Translations under genes and position numbers: made by a program
Notes under the pieces: model-generated
Databases searched by the model: none
Told to the model about the DNA's origin: nothing
The model's input: the letters and a program-made list of their open reading frames with translations, nothing else
NCBI GenBank assembly: GCA_963736855.1
Contig: CAVTQK010000009.1
Location: 224,001-288,000, forward strand
Source: an uncultured delta proteobacterium
Lineage (GTDB): Bacteria > Desulfobacterota > Desulfobacteria > Desulfobacterales > UBA2156
Reading direction: 5' to 3'
Length of the DNA: 64,000 nucleotides
Shown: one piece after another, positions 1-10,447 of the stretch
Layout: each line of letters begins with the position of its first letter
Position numbering within the stretch: the first letter of the stretch is position 1

Positions 1-12
1 CGATTTTCTCAT
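1..12 (-). CDS. 5' end of a gene running off the left edge (MRKS...)
   Basis: Minus-strand ATG at 12 preceded by a strong SD (GAGGAGGGAG); only 4 codons visible. Confidence 0.4.
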
Positions 13-304
13 GCTCCCTCCTCTTTTTTTGGGTTTTCATCCTGTTCCGCCCTCCTGCCTTTTCCTAACGGTCGATCTGTGAATTCTAATTCAGGCAACA
101 TCTTTAAAAGATTCAGCCTGCGGTAAAGGAGTACGCAAGAGGGTGCTGTATATGCCTTCTATCAAAACCGATGGGAATTGACAATGTGAAATCCGGGTTC
201 CGGTCGAATGCTTCACCACCGGAACGATTTAATCAAAGGAACTTCAAAGGATTCAGGTCGAGATACATGCCATGAGTGGAATTGAAAGGCTTTTCCGTCC
301 GAGT

Positions 305-1483
305 TTAAATATAGCGATCCACCAGTTCGGTAATGAAGGCCTCCACTCCGACATCCCCTCCCTTGGTACGAAGATCGGCGACGAGATTTTGCAGCTTCCG
401 ATAGGTATCCGGATCCCCCTTTAAATCGTCCATGGACTGGTAGGCGCCGCCCCTCCTTCCGATACGGTAGATCAAACGGTCTTCGCTCGGGAGGTCCTGG
501 TACTTGGCGATGACCTCCAGCATCTTAGCTTTATCCTCCGGAAGCTTTCCGGAAACCTCTTCCAGCAGGTTCATGATGTGATCGCTGGTAACCGTGGAAG
601 TGATGCCCTCCAATGCCTCGATGAAGCGTTTGATCTCTTCGGCCAACCCGTCGTCGGTCTGCATGGCAAATGTGCCGTCGGCCACTTTCTCATAAAGAGG
701 CACATGACGAGGAATCCTGAGACTCCGCAGTCGGATAAAATGAGGGTTGATCCGGTTGAGGACATCAGCCGTGGCATCCGCGTGCTCCCGCCACATCTGT
801 TGCCCGCCAAGCCCGGGCATCATATATTCCGAAAGCTCCATTCCGGCTTCGATCAGCTTCCTTCCCGCTTCCACATGTTGATCCGCATTTACCCCTTTTT
901 TGATCAACTTCAATAAAGGGTCATATCCTGTCTCAAGACCGATATGTACCCGGTCCAGGCCGGCTTCCCGAATTTTTATCAAAGCCTCCACCGATTTTCG
1001 GATCACGGTTCGGGAACGGGAATAGGTGGTCACCCGGGTGATCTGGGGAAATCGATCCCGAAGAAATTCAAGGATATGGACCAGGTCGTCCGTTTTCATG
1101 ATCAGGTTGTCGGCATCCTGCAAGAAGCACGCGCCGGTGTTGTAGTACAGCCAGATGCCCACACTGCGGTAGCTGCTGCTGTATCCGCCGTTATTGAGAA
1201 TGGCGCTGACGACGGCGTCATTGACCTCCCCGCTGCATCCCATCCGCCAGGAAAGGGCACGGATGTCGTCGGCGATATCTTTTGCGATTTGGATATCCGC
1301 CCGGATCTCCTCCACGCTCCTTAAGGAAAACTTACGCCCTTTGTACACCGGACAAAAGAGGCACTGGTTCCACGGACAGTTGCGGGTCACCCGCAACAGC
1401 AGGCTCCTGGCTTCATTGGGAGGCCGGATGGGTCCCTGTTCGAATCTCAATTCCCTTCGATTTTTTTCCATGTCGTTTTCCAT
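305..1483 (-). CDS. radical SAM protein of unknown function
   Basis: CPWNQCLFC (CxxxCxxC) after GPIRPPNEA; start moved to ATG 1483 (MENDMEK) downstream of GGAGG. Confidence 0.85.
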   Translation of the reverse strand: MENDMEKNRRELRFEQGPIRPPNEARSLLLRVTRNCPWNQCLFCPVYKGRKFSLRSVEEIRADIQIAKDIADDIRALSWRMGCSGEVNDAVVSAILNNGGYSSSYRSVGIWLYYNTGACFLQDADNLIMKTDDLVHILEFLRDRFPQITRVTTYSRSRTVIRKSVEALIKIREAGLDRVHIGLETGYDPLLKLIKKGVNADQHVEAGRKLIEAGMELSEYMMPGLGGQQMWREHADATADVLNRINPHFIRLRSLRIPRHVPLYEKVADGTFAMQTDDGLAEEIKRFIEALEGITSTVTSDHIMNLLEEVSGKLPEDKAKMLEVIAKYQDLPSEDRLIYRIGRRGGAYQSMDDLKGDPDTYRKLQNLVADLRTKGGDVGVEAFITELVDRYI

Positions 1484-1584
1484 ACCATTCTTATACCTCC
1501 TATACCTGATCGAAAAAATTGGTATGTGAGTAAAATCGAGATGCTTAACATTCCTTATATTAAAAATTGTTCCGGCAAGACCGA

Positions 1585-2790
1585 TCAGCAAATGAAGATT
1601 TCGATTGGCACCTTGCTGATAAGCCGGGATCCGTTTTTGGTAACCTGAAAAACACTCTCCACACCGGCTGCATAAGCATCCTGGAAAACGATTTTAGGCT
1701 CCAGGGCGAAGGTCATCCCCGGTTCCAGGACATCAGCCTTATCCTTGGCGATGATGGGAGGCTCAATGAGTTCAAGACCTATGCCGTGCCCGATGAAACG
1801 GACTTGATACCGCTGGGGTCCCAGATATTGATCTGCGAATCCCATCTTTTTCGCCAGATCCACCGAATGCTGAAAAAGCTCACCGGTGGTTACCCCCGGA
1901 TTTGCCCTTTCTAAAACTGCGTCATGAATCTCGATGACGGCGCGGCAAGCTTTTTCTGCTGATTTGGGCATTGAACCGATGGCGAACATACGCGTCTCAT
2001 CCATGTGATAACCGTTCAAAATCGAACCCAGATCCACCATAATCGGCTCTCCCGGAGACAAAAGCTTGCTTCCCGCCCCGGATGGAAAAGCGGCCGAAGT
2101 CCCCTCTCCGCTGGTGGAAGCGTCCAGGACTCCCGGCATGCCGCCGTTTTTTCCGCTGAGCACATGCCACGGATAGGCACCGCCGCTTTGGAATTTTCGA
2201 TCCCGCAGCATACCGCCGTGGCCAAGCTTGCGGGCAAACGTTTCATACATGCCGGCAAACTCCATCTCGGAAATCCCCGGCCGTATGACGGAACGCATGT
2301 ATTCAAAGGTCCGCCGGCTCATTTCGGCCGTATTTTCCATCTGCTCGATCTCCCACGGAGATTTGATGTTTCTGACCCTCAGGATCAAGGGCGATGCATC
2401 CATAATCCGTTTTGCCGGTAGCAGACCCTGATAAAATTCAAAATCCCTTACCGGAAGCACGTCCAGCTCGAGACCCATTACTGCAGGGAGATGGCCGAAG
2501 GCATCCCGGATCAGTTCAGGCACCGATCTTACGGAAGGAATCTCAAAAATATGGTGTATGGAAGATTCTTTTTTTGCCCGGGGAAAATAACGCTTGATCA
2601 TCAAAAGAGGCTCCCCTGTCTGAGGAATGTAAAGGAATCCGTTTTGCGCGGTACCCGAAAAGTAGAAAAGATCGACCCGCTGGATGATTAATATCCCCTC
2701 GATTTCGGATAAAGCCATCTCTTTTTGGATGGTCTTGATCCGGTTTTCGACTTCGCTGTCCGGTACCCGAAATGTCTCCGTTTGGGTCAC
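1585..2790 (-). CDS. Xaa-Pro peptidase family (M24) protein
   Basis: Creatinase-type N-terminus; DLG...YHMDETR, GHGIGLE and ALEPK metal-site motifs. Confidence 0.9.
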   Translation of the reverse strand: MTQTETFRVPDSEVENRIKTIQKEMALSEIEGILIIQRVDLFYFSGTAQNGFLYIPQTGEPLLMIKRYFPRAKKESSIHHIFEIPSVRSVPELIRDAFGHLPAVMGLELDVLPVRDFEFYQGLLPAKRIMDASPLILRVRNIKSPWEIEQMENTAEMSRRTFEYMRSVIRPGISEMEFAGMYETFARKLGHGGMLRDRKFQSGGAYPWHVLSGKNGGMPGVLDASTSGEGTSAAFPSGAGSKLLSPGEPIMVDLGSILNGYHMDETRMFAIGSMPKSAEKACRAVIEIHDAVLERANPGVTTGELFQHSVDLAKKMGFADQYLGPQRYQVRFIGHGIGLELIEPPIIAKDKADVLEPGMTFALEPKIVFQDAYAAGVESVFQVTKNGSRLISKVPIEIFIC

Positions 2791-2994
2791 GGTCGATCAA
2801 TCCCCTTAACGATTTTTACCGCAGGACTTTACCCCCATCTGCGAGCCATTATTTGCCAAGTACAAAAAACGATTCTCTTTTGCTCGGGGTATCCGCTTCG
2901 GGGATGCCTTATGGAAACTCTGCCGAGGCAATCTGTCCTTTTTGCACGGCTCCAACCCCGGGATTTTTTAAACGGGATCGCTCCCGGGAAACGG

Positions 2995-3417
2995 TTACAA
3001 AAAAGGAATCGGCTTCCCGGTTCGATACAGCAAGGCCTGGCAGGTCGCAACAAGGGCCTTGGTCGAATCCGTCACGTTGATTTGATAAATGGCGGTCTTC
3101 TTTGTCCGGCCGACTTCGCGTGCCTCTGCCCTCAACCGAGTTCCGGAAGGAGGGCTGGAGATGTATGTCACATTGACATTGAGGGCCACACCGATGGTCC
3201 CATCCCATTGACCCACGGTCTGAAACGCCTCATCGATGAGGGCAAAAATGGCGCCGCCGTGCATACGATCGTATATATTGTTCATCTTTTCCGGATCAAA
3301 GACCATTTCGACCGCGGAAAACCCTTCCTCCAATTCAACCAATCGGATATTCAGGGTTCTGGCAAAAGGTTCCGATGACACCCTTTGGAAAATAGCCTTT
3401 TTGACTGTCGGATCCAT
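2995..3417 (-). CDS. PaaI-family hotdog thioesterase
   Basis: N..HGGAIFALIDEA motif, 140 aa. Confidence 0.9.
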   Translation of the reverse strand: MDPTVKKAIFQRVSSEPFARTLNIRLVELEEGFSAVEMVFDPEKMNNIYDRMHGGAIFALIDEAFQTVGQWDGTIGVALNVNVTYISSPPSGTRLRAEAREVGRTKKTAIYQINVTDSTKALVATCQALLYRTGKPIPFL

Positions 3418-3434
3418 TGACGGTCCTCGTTTCT

Positions 3435-3674
3435 TTATCCGGTTTTCCCGAAGACTCCCCCGCTCTCCACCTCGGCGATACAGGCCATGAAATCCTCAGC
3501 AAAGGCGTCCTGGATCTGTTCTTCTCTCCCAAATTCCGAGACTTCGGTGGCCACGTTTTTCCCGATTCCGTATGTTACATTCCATCCCTTCTTGCGGAGC
3601 AATTCAATGACTTTTTCGGTCTGCTCTCGAGTGGCATCGCCCCCTATATTTTGCGGTGCAATGAAAAATTTCAC
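3435..3674 (-). CDS. hypothetical protein (79 aa)
   Basis: GTG start with AAGGA SD, globular composition, co-oriented with neighbours. Confidence 0.65.
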   Translation of the reverse strand: MKFFIAPQNIGGDATREQTEKVIELLRKKGWNVTYGIGKNVATEVSEFGREEQIQDAFAEDFMACIAEVESGGVFGKTG

Positions 3675-3728
3675 CTTAGATTCCTTTCTGTGTATGTGGC
3701 TTTTAACTGATAATTTTGATACAACGAC

Positions 3729-4025
3729 TCAGGCCACATCCGGCGGAGAGTCGTTTCGTTCTTTAGGCTTGCAAGCTTTTTCTTCGGTGTCACTTTTCAG
3801 ATAATCGTACCAGCTGCCGGTATAGCTGCATTGGATGATCTCCCTGATTTTTTTGATGAGGTAGGCGTTGGTTTCTGCTTCACCATCCTGCCGCAACCGG
3901 AAGGCAATGAGTCTCTGGAGGTTTTTATCCTCCCGCTGTCTGTCCGGTACCATTCTCATGGTCCTTTGAAGAATGGCTTGAAACGGCCCGTCCTGCTCCT
4001 CAATGGCGATGATTTTAGCTACCAT
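3729..4025 (-). CDS. hypothetical protein (98 aa)
   Basis: ATG with AAGGGGGGG SD; no recognisable domain. Confidence 0.6.
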   Translation of the reverse strand: MVAKIIAIEEQDGPFQAILQRTMRMVPDRQREDKNLQRLIAFRLRQDGEAETNAYLIKKIREIIQCSYTGSWYDYLKSDTEEKACKPKERNDSPPDVA

Positions 4026-4280
4026 GGCCCCCCCTTTCCAAGATGCATTCAGTGATAAATAATAATGCGTCTCTTTCCTTCTGGCAAATAAAAATGCCTC
4101 ACCCCGGGATCCCTACGGATTTTAAATAGGATTTGTAATCCTGAAACCCGTAAATCCGATCATTAAATTTAAGCATGATCCTGGCTTCCTGACGGATTGA
4201 ATATCTCTTTTTCCTGTGTTAAAAACCGGTGCAAAGGTGGTTGCCGCTGGGATTAAAGTGATCGATAAGATCCGACCCGC

Positions 4281-5582
4281 TTGGTGGATCTTGACAACCG
4301 CCTTTATTTTTGGATCTCAACGAATGGGAATGACCCCGTGACTCTCAGAACCTCAAACATCCATTCAATCGATAACCCGACAAAGGCCTCGGACCAGAAC
4401 TCCCGTCTGAAGTTACAGATCGGTGTCGCCACCCTGTGCAGGCTGACGCTGAACACGGCGCGCCGTTTTGCCTATCCTTTCGCGCCTTCAATCAGTCAGG
4501 GTTTGGGGGTTCCCTTATTCGCCGTCACTTCCCTCATCGCCATCAATCAGGGAACCGGACTCCTGGGGCTTTTCTTTGGTCCTTTTGGAGATCGTTTAGG
4601 ATATCGCCGTATGATGCTCGCAGGCCTGGCAGCCCTTTCCATAGGGATGCTCGCCGGAGGCTTCATCCCGATCTACACGGTTGCCATCGCATCCTTCTTC
4701 CTGGCCGGACTCGGGAAAAGCGTTTATGACCCGGCTATTCAAGCTCTGGTGGGCCTCCGGGTTCCTTACTCCCGGAGGGGATGGGCTATCGGGATCATTG
4801 AGATGAGTTGGGCAGGGAGTTCTCTCTTGGGAATCCCCGCCATCGGCTTTCTGCTCAACCATGCCGGCTGGAGGGCTCCATTTTTTGTTCTGGGCGCTTT
4901 GGGTATCATGGGTTTTCTCGCCCTTATCGCCTTGCTTCCGGCAGATAGAAAACCGGATGGTTATTTTCATGGACCATCCGGGTTTTTTCGTTCGTGGGTC
5001 GTGTTGCTGCGGAAAAGACGTGCACTGGGAGCCGTGACCTACTCATTTCTATTGAGTGTGGCCTACGACAATTTCTTCGTGGCCTATGGATTGTGGTTGG
5101 AAGGCGCCTTTGATTTAGGGGTTGCCGCCATCGGGTCGGCTACCATCACCATCGGCATTGCCGAGTTTCTCGGAGAAGGACTCACGGCCACACTCGCGGA
5201 TCGATTGGGTCTTTTCCGATCCGTCTTTTCGGGCATTATCGTGTCGAGTCTGTGCTTTCTGTCATTCCCCTTTGTCGGCAAAAACCTGGTTTTCGGACTG
5301 GTCCTCCTCTTCTTTCTCTTTCTGTCGCTGGAGTTTGCCATTGTCTCTTCCATGTCTCTTTTCACCGAGTTTTTCCCGGAAAGCCGGGTTTCCATGATGT
5401 CCGCCTTCTTTGCGGCGGCCAGTCTGGGACGGGTTCTAGGAGCAATGATCGGTATTCCGGTCTGGGTTTTTTCGGGTGTTTCCGGAACAACCGGGGTGTC
5501 GGCCTTATTCCTTTTGGGATCCATGGGAATTTTAGGGTGGGGTGTTCGGGGATGGAAACCCGGAGCAGGACAACGGGCTTAG
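4281..5582 (+). CDS. MFS transporter
   Basis: About 12 hydrophobic segments, GPFGDRLGYRR motif A; exact start uncertain. Confidence 0.85.
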   Translation: MVDLDNRLYFWISTNGNDPVTLRTSNIHSIDNPTKASDQNSRLKLQIGVATLCRLTLNTARRFAYPFAPSISQGLGVPLFAVTSLIAINQGTGLLGLFFGPFGDRLGYRRMMLAGLAALSIGMLAGGFIPIYTVAIASFFLAGLGKSVYDPAIQALVGLRVPYSRRGWAIGIIEMSWAGSSLLGIPAIGFLLNHAGWRAPFFVLGALGIMGFLALIALLPADRKPDGYFHGPSGFFRSWVVLLRKRRALGAVTYSFLLSVAYDNFFVAYGLWLEGAFDLGVAAIGSATITIGIAEFLGEGLTATLADRLGLFRSVFSGIIVSSLCFLSFPFVGKNLVFGLVLLFFLFLSLEFAIVSSMSLFTEFFPESRVSMMSAFFAAASLGRVLGAMIGIPVWVFSGVSGTTGVSALFLLGSMGILGWGVRGWKPGAGQRA

Positions 5583-5661
5583 TGGTTCAAGATCCGGACC
5601 GGACCTAATTCCCGGCGCTTCAGCAAATCGAAAAAACCGACAGAGAGAAACTCCGGCGGGC

Positions 5662-6861
5662 TCACCCCTTCAACACCGAAGCGATGCGCTTTAAAGCCCA
5701 GTCGATTTCCGACCGGGTGATGACAAGGGGCGGCGTCAAACGGATCACGTCCTGGTGGGTTTCTTTGCAAAGAAGCCCTTTTTGCATCAGGGCCTCGCAG
5801 AAACGACGAGCCCCGCCTGCTGTTTTATGCAGCTCCACCCCGATCATGAGTCCTCTTCCCCGTACTTCTCTGACAAACGGGCTGTGAATCGCCTTAAGCC
5901 CTGCCATGAAATATTTGCCCATCTCTTGCGCGTTTTCGATCATCTTTTCTTTCATCAGCACCCGGACGGCGGTGCGGGCCACGGCGCAGGCCAGGGGGTT
6001 TCCTCCGAAGGTACTTCCGTGATCCCCCGGCAAAAAGACGCCCAGAACTTCCATGTTGGATAACACCGCAGAGATCGGATAGAAGCCTCCCGAAAGGGCC
6101 TTCCCCACCAGGGTGACGTCCGCTTCGATCCCTTCGTGTTCCTCAGCCAGAAGCTTTCCGGTGCGCCCCAAACCGGTTTGAATCTCATCCAGGATCATGA
6201 CCACGTTGTGCGCGCTGCAGATCTGCCGCACCTTTTTCAGGTAGCCGTCGGGCGGCACAATCACGCCTCCTTCTCCCTGGATCGGTTCCGCCATGAAAGC
6301 CACCGTATGGGGGGTGATGGCCTTCTCGAGGGCAGCGGCATCCCCGAAAGGGATGACCTGAAAACCGGGAGTAAAGGGACCGAATCCTTCCCGGTACTGG
6401 GGCTCGGTGCTGAAGGAAACGATGCCGATGGTTCGGCCGTGAAAATTATTTTTACAGACGATGATCCGGGACTTGTTCTTTGGAACGCCTTTGACTTGGT
6501 ATCCCCATTTGCGCACCGCCTTGATGACGGTCTCCACCGCCTCGGCGCCGCTGTTCATGGGAAGCGCCTTGTGAGAACGGGTCAGCTCGCAGATTTCCTT
6601 GAAAAACGGGCCCAACTGATCGTTTCGAAAGGCCCGGGAAGTCAACGTCAGTTTCTGCATCTGCGCTTTTGCCGCAGCCAGGATCTCCGGATGGCAATGC
6701 CCCTGGTTGACCGCCGAATAGGAAGCCAAGCAATCCAGGTAGCGTTTTTTATTAACGTCCCACACCCAGATCCCCTTTCCTCTTTGCAAAACCACATCCA
6801 GGGGCTTGTAGTTGTGGGCGCCATATCGATTTTCCAGCGCAATATATTCTTCGGGTCTCAT
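5662..6861 (-). CDS. rocD: ornithine--oxo-acid aminotransferase
   Basis: [47 protein letters not shown]. Confidence 0.93.
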   Translation of the reverse strand: MRPEEYIALENRYGAHNYKPLDVVLQRGKGIWVWDVNKKRYLDCLASYSAVNQGHCHPEILAAAKAQMQKLTLTSRAFRNDQLGPFFKEICELTRSHKALPMNSGAEAVETVIKAVRKWGYQVKGVPKNKSRIIVCKNNFHGRTIGIVSFSTEPQYREGFGPFTPGFQVIPFGDAAALEKAITPHTVAFMAEPIQGEGGVIVPPDGYLKKVRQICSAHNVVMILDEIQTGLGRTGKLLAEEHEGIEADVTLVGKALSGGFYPISAVLSNMEVLGVFLPGDHGSTFGGNPLACAVARTAVRVLMKEKMIENAQEMGKYFMAGLKAIHSPFVREVRGRGLMIGVELHKTAGGARRFCEALMQKGLLCKETHQDVIRLTPPLVITRSEIDWALKRIASVLKG

Positions 6862-7065
6862 GGACTCAATCTCCTTGTCTATCCTTCGGCACGAATTTTC
6901 CCGGCTTTAGGAAATCGGGTTTCCGGGTTTTCGATATGTCTTTTTTGAAAATATCCCCTTTGATGAAAGACTGTTGTTTCCGGATGATGGCTTTTCTCTT
7001 TAAATCTCCGTATTTTCCAAATCGACCGCCCATAGCAATTCCGTCATCGATTCTCCGGACAAGCC

Positions 7066-7566
7066 TTATCCCGCATGAGTCCCGCAAAAGGGTGACCGTT
7101 TCTCCAGAGTGAGGCGTTTTTCATCGGTCAAAGCCGAATCCGGTATGTAGGGCACCTTTGTGTGGCTATCCCTTTTTTTGATCATCAACCAGTTCTTGGG
7201 GTCTTTTCCTTTCATCCGCACCAGGGAAAATCCACCCTTGAGACGCTTTCCCTCCAGCGAGATGACGAGCTTGCCGTTTTCCAGGGCATGGAGGAGATCT
7301 CGGTCTTCCATGAGGGTGTAGGTACCGAAGTCCCAAACTACTACGATACCGGCGCCGTATTCACCCTCCGGAATAATCCCTTCGAAATCGATATACTCGA
7401 GCGGGTGATCCTCCACCTGGACGGCCAACCGTTTATCCGCCGGATTTAAGGAAGGTCCCTTGGGAACCGCCCAGGACTTGAGAACTCCCCCCATCTCCAG
7501 GCGAAAATCCCAATGGAGTTGCCTTGCATGATGCTCATGTACGACAAAACGACGATTATTTTTCAC
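7066..7566 (-). CDS. stand-alone LigD-type 3'-phosphoesterase domain protein
   Basis: [51 protein letters not shown]. Confidence 0.9.
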   Translation of the reverse strand: MKNNRRFVVHEHHARQLHWDFRLEMGGVLKSWAVPKGPSLNPADKRLAVQVEDHPLEYIDFEGIIPEGEYGAGIVVVWDFGTYTLMEDRDLLHALENGKLVISLEGKRLKGGFSLVRMKGKDPKNWLMIKKRDSHTKVPYIPDSALTDEKRLTLEKRSPFCGTHAG

Positions 7567-7676
7567 ATCGATTCCTTCGCGTCAGACAGTCTTTTTGTCT
7601 TTAATTTCACGATCACCCATGAGATACTCTTACCACAAAAAGGTCGGTTTTTCCATCTCATAACGGAGGTTCCTGT

Positions 7677-8663
7677 ATGAACATTTTCTTCCAAACACCC
7701 CTGAGTTCCAGGTGGATCGAAGCAATGGAAACAATCCGAAAGGAATTTCCGGAAGTGTCCCTTGCGGTTGACGACGCAGAAGGAAGGATGAATCTGAAGC
7801 ATGCCGATGCATGGGTTGCCGGACAGCTTTCGGTCTCCACGGATGATCTTCAGGCCGCCAACAATCTTAAGATTATCTTTGCCCCTTATGCCGGTGTGGA
7901 TATTTTGCCTGTTGCCGAAATCCAAAAACGTCGGATCCGTATTGCCAATGTCCATGTCAATGCGCCTTTTGTAGCGGAACGCGCCATCGCCATGGCTCTG
8001 GCTTTTTATGGAAAGATCATCGATTATCATAATGATCTAAAGCGTTCTATATGGCACGGATACTGGGCCGGCTCCGGTATCAAAGACACCTGGAATTCCA
8101 TCCGAGGAAGAAGCTGTGCCGTCATCGGCGCCGGAGAGATCGGAAAAGCGATTGCACGGCACCTGAAGCTCTTCGGTTGCCCGGTCTTCGGATTTAAAAA
8201 ACATGCTAAAAACGAATCGTTGGAAAACTTTGACGCCATTACCATGGATCTTTGGGAGGCTCTTCGAAAAAGCGAGCTGGTCTTTGTTTGCCTCCCGTTG
8301 ACTCGCGAAACCCGTGGGATCATCGGGGAATCGATCCTTAAGAAAATGTCCGGGAAATTTATCGTCAACGTGGGCCGGGGAGATCTGATCGAAGAAAAGG
8401 CTTTTTTTGAATCTTTAAAGGATGGCATTCTAAAAGGAGCGGCCATCGACGCATGGTATGCCTACCCACAGCCTGGAAATCCGAAGATGCCCCCTTCAAG
8501 ATACCCTTTCCACGAGCTTCCCAACGCGGTCCTTTCTCCCCACATTGCCGGATTCACACCGGAGTCTGCGGCACTGAATATCAAGGCGACCATCGAAAAT
8601 ATCCGCGCTTATCTCACAACCGGCCACCCCCGAACTGAAGTGGACCTGGACGCTATGTACTGA
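7677..8663 (+). CDS. D-isomer-specific 2-hydroxyacid dehydrogenase
   Basis: GAGEIG Rossmann motif, LPLT, NVGRG, SPHIAG. Confidence 0.9.
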   Translation: MNIFFQTPLSSRWIEAMETIRKEFPEVSLAVDDAEGRMNLKHADAWVAGQLSVSTDDLQAANNLKIIFAPYAGVDILPVAEIQKRRIRIANVHVNAPFVAERAIAMALAFYGKIIDYHNDLKRSIWHGYWAGSGIKDTWNSIRGRSCAVIGAGEIGKAIARHLKLFGCPVFGFKKHAKNESLENFDAITMDLWEALRKSELVFVCLPLTRETRGIIGESILKKMSGKFIVNVGRGDLIEEKAFFESLKDGILKGAAIDAWYAYPQPGNPKMPPSRYPFHELPNAVLSPHIAGFTPESAALNIKATIENIRAYLTTGHPRTEVDLDAMY

Positions 8664-8703
8664 TTCGGCATTCCGGGTATGCCTTGCAATTGTCAGAGGA
8701 ACC

Positions 8704-10299
8704 GTGATGAAAAAAGAAGATGCCCACTTAAAACTCTATCGGGAAATGGCCTCGCCTTCGTTTTATCCTCATCCGGTCTCAAAGGTCGCTCGCAAGGAGA
8801 CCCACATCTCCGTGGTGTTTCTAACAGGGGATTTTGTCTATAAACTCAAAAAGCCTCTGGATCTGGGTTTTTTAAATTTTCGATCCCTTTCCGACCGGCA
8901 TCATTTCTGTGAGCAAGAGATTATTCTCAACCGGCGCCTGAGTTCCGGGATCTACCTCGATGTTGTTCCGATTTTCCGGAAACCCAACGGCTCGTTTTCC
9001 CTGGAAGGTCCCGGAGCGATCATGGAGTACGCGGTCAAGATGCGGCAGCTTCCCGATGCCGCCGCCTTCAGAAACCGTCTCCAGGCCCGTAAAATGAGGC
9101 GGGGACTGATCAACGCCTTGGGGAAAAAGCTTTCCGCCTTTTATGAAAAAAGCGCCAGCAGCCCTATGATCGATCGTTTCGGCCATCGCGATATCATATC
9201 GGCCAATATGGAGGAAAACTTTACCCAGTTGTCACCTTTTATGGGAACCGTCATCGATCCGGAAAAGTGGGAATTCATCTGTCAGGTCAGCCGGACCTTC
9301 CTAAATCTGCGGAGCGATCTCTTTGAAATCCGGATCGCCTCAGGCCTGATCCGGGACGGCCATGGCGACCTGCGAACGGATCATGTCTATTTCTACCGAG
9401 GCATCCAAATTATCGACTGTATCGAGTTCAACGATCGGTTTCGTTATGGGGATGTGATTTCTGACATTGCCTTTCTGCACATGGACATGGACCATTACGG
9501 CCTGCCTACCTGGAGTTTGGCTTTCCTGAAGGCTTACGTCGAATTCTCGAAGGACTGGCAAGCTTACGCCCTGGTGGATTTCTACGCCGTCTACAGGGCC
9601 GTTGTGAGACTGAAGGTCTCCTGTCTGAGCCTGTCTTCCGCTAAACCGAAAAAACGAAACGAATTGATTGCGGATGCCCGCCTCTATATGGACCAGGCCT
9701 ATCGGTACGCCGTGCAGTTCGGTATGCCGACAATCTGGATGACCTGCGGGCTCCCGGCTTCCGGGAAATCCGCCTTAGCCCAAAGCATCGCTGAGGCCCT
9801 GGCTTTGCACAGAATCCAATCGGATGCCGTCCGAAAGGAGCTATTCGACAAAGCCGATGAACAGATCGTTCCCTATGACGATGGAATCTATCGATCCGGG
9901 ATGAGGGATCGGGTCTACGCTCAGATGCTGGCAGCAGCGCAGGACAAACTTCATGCCGGAGAATCAATCATGCTGGACGCTACCTTTTCCCGCCGGAAAT
10001 GGAGGGAAGCCGCACGCCTTTTGGCCCATGATCTGGACGCCAATCTGATCTGCGTGGAATGTATCTGCCGACGGGAAACCCTCCGAAAACGGCTTAAAGC
10101 GAGGAAAAAAGGATCCGGTTTGTCTGATGCCCGCCTTATGCATCTGCCAAAAATGACGGCCGAATTCGAGCCGGTGGATGAAATGCCCTCGGATATGCAC
10201 CTGAAAGTCAATACGGATCAGGACTTTGAAAAAAGCCTGAATATCGCCTTGTGCGAAGGGTATGACCTGAAATGCCGCCAGATAAAACAACGGATCTAG
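8704..10299 (+). CDS. aminoglycoside-phosphotransferase-like / P-loop kinase (AAA_33) fusion
   Basis: ETHIS..YKLKKP, HGDL, DCIEFN N-domain; GLPASGKS Walker A and LDATF C-domain. Confidence 0.88.
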   Translation: MMKKEDAHLKLYREMASPSFYPHPVSKVARKETHISVVFLTGDFVYKLKKPLDLGFLNFRSLSDRHHFCEQEIILNRRLSSGIYLDVVPIFRKPNGSFSLEGPGAIMEYAVKMRQLPDAAAFRNRLQARKMRRGLINALGKKLSAFYEKSASSPMIDRFGHRDIISANMEENFTQLSPFMGTVIDPEKWEFICQVSRTFLNLRSDLFEIRIASGLIRDGHGDLRTDHVYFYRGIQIIDCIEFNDRFRYGDVISDIAFLHMDMDHYGLPTWSLAFLKAYVEFSKDWQAYALVDFYAVYRAVVRLKVSCLSLSSAKPKKRNELIADARLYMDQAYRYAVQFGMPTIWMTCGLPASGKSALAQSIAEALALHRIQSDAVRKELFDKADEQIVPYDDGIYRSGMRDRVYAQMLAAAQDKLHAGESIMLDATFSRRKWREAARLLAHDLDANLICVECICRRETLRKRLKARKKGSGLSDARLMHLPKMTAEFEPVDEMPSDMHLKVNTDQDFEKSLNIALCEGYDLKCRQIKQRI

Positions 10300-10447
10300 G
10301 GTGCTCCGATGAATGGTCAATGATCGCCTACAATTTTAAAGCTCTCGAAACCCAGAAAAGCTTTCCATTTATTTGTTCTTTCTGATAGGGGTAAGCGCCG
10401 GAAAATAAAACCCTATCTCGCTAATATGACAAGATTCTTTAGGGAGG

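Noticed and set aside
13..300. c-di-AMP riboswitch suggested by minus-strand GCTGAATC
   Set aside because: The remaining conserved elements of the motif are absent
1560..1591. Cys-TGA at the end of the M24 peptidase as a CU motif, and the long N-terminal extension of ORF 305..1591
   Set aside because: The peptidase domain is complete, no suitably spaced hairpin follows, and the radical SAM gene has a better SD-linked start at 1483
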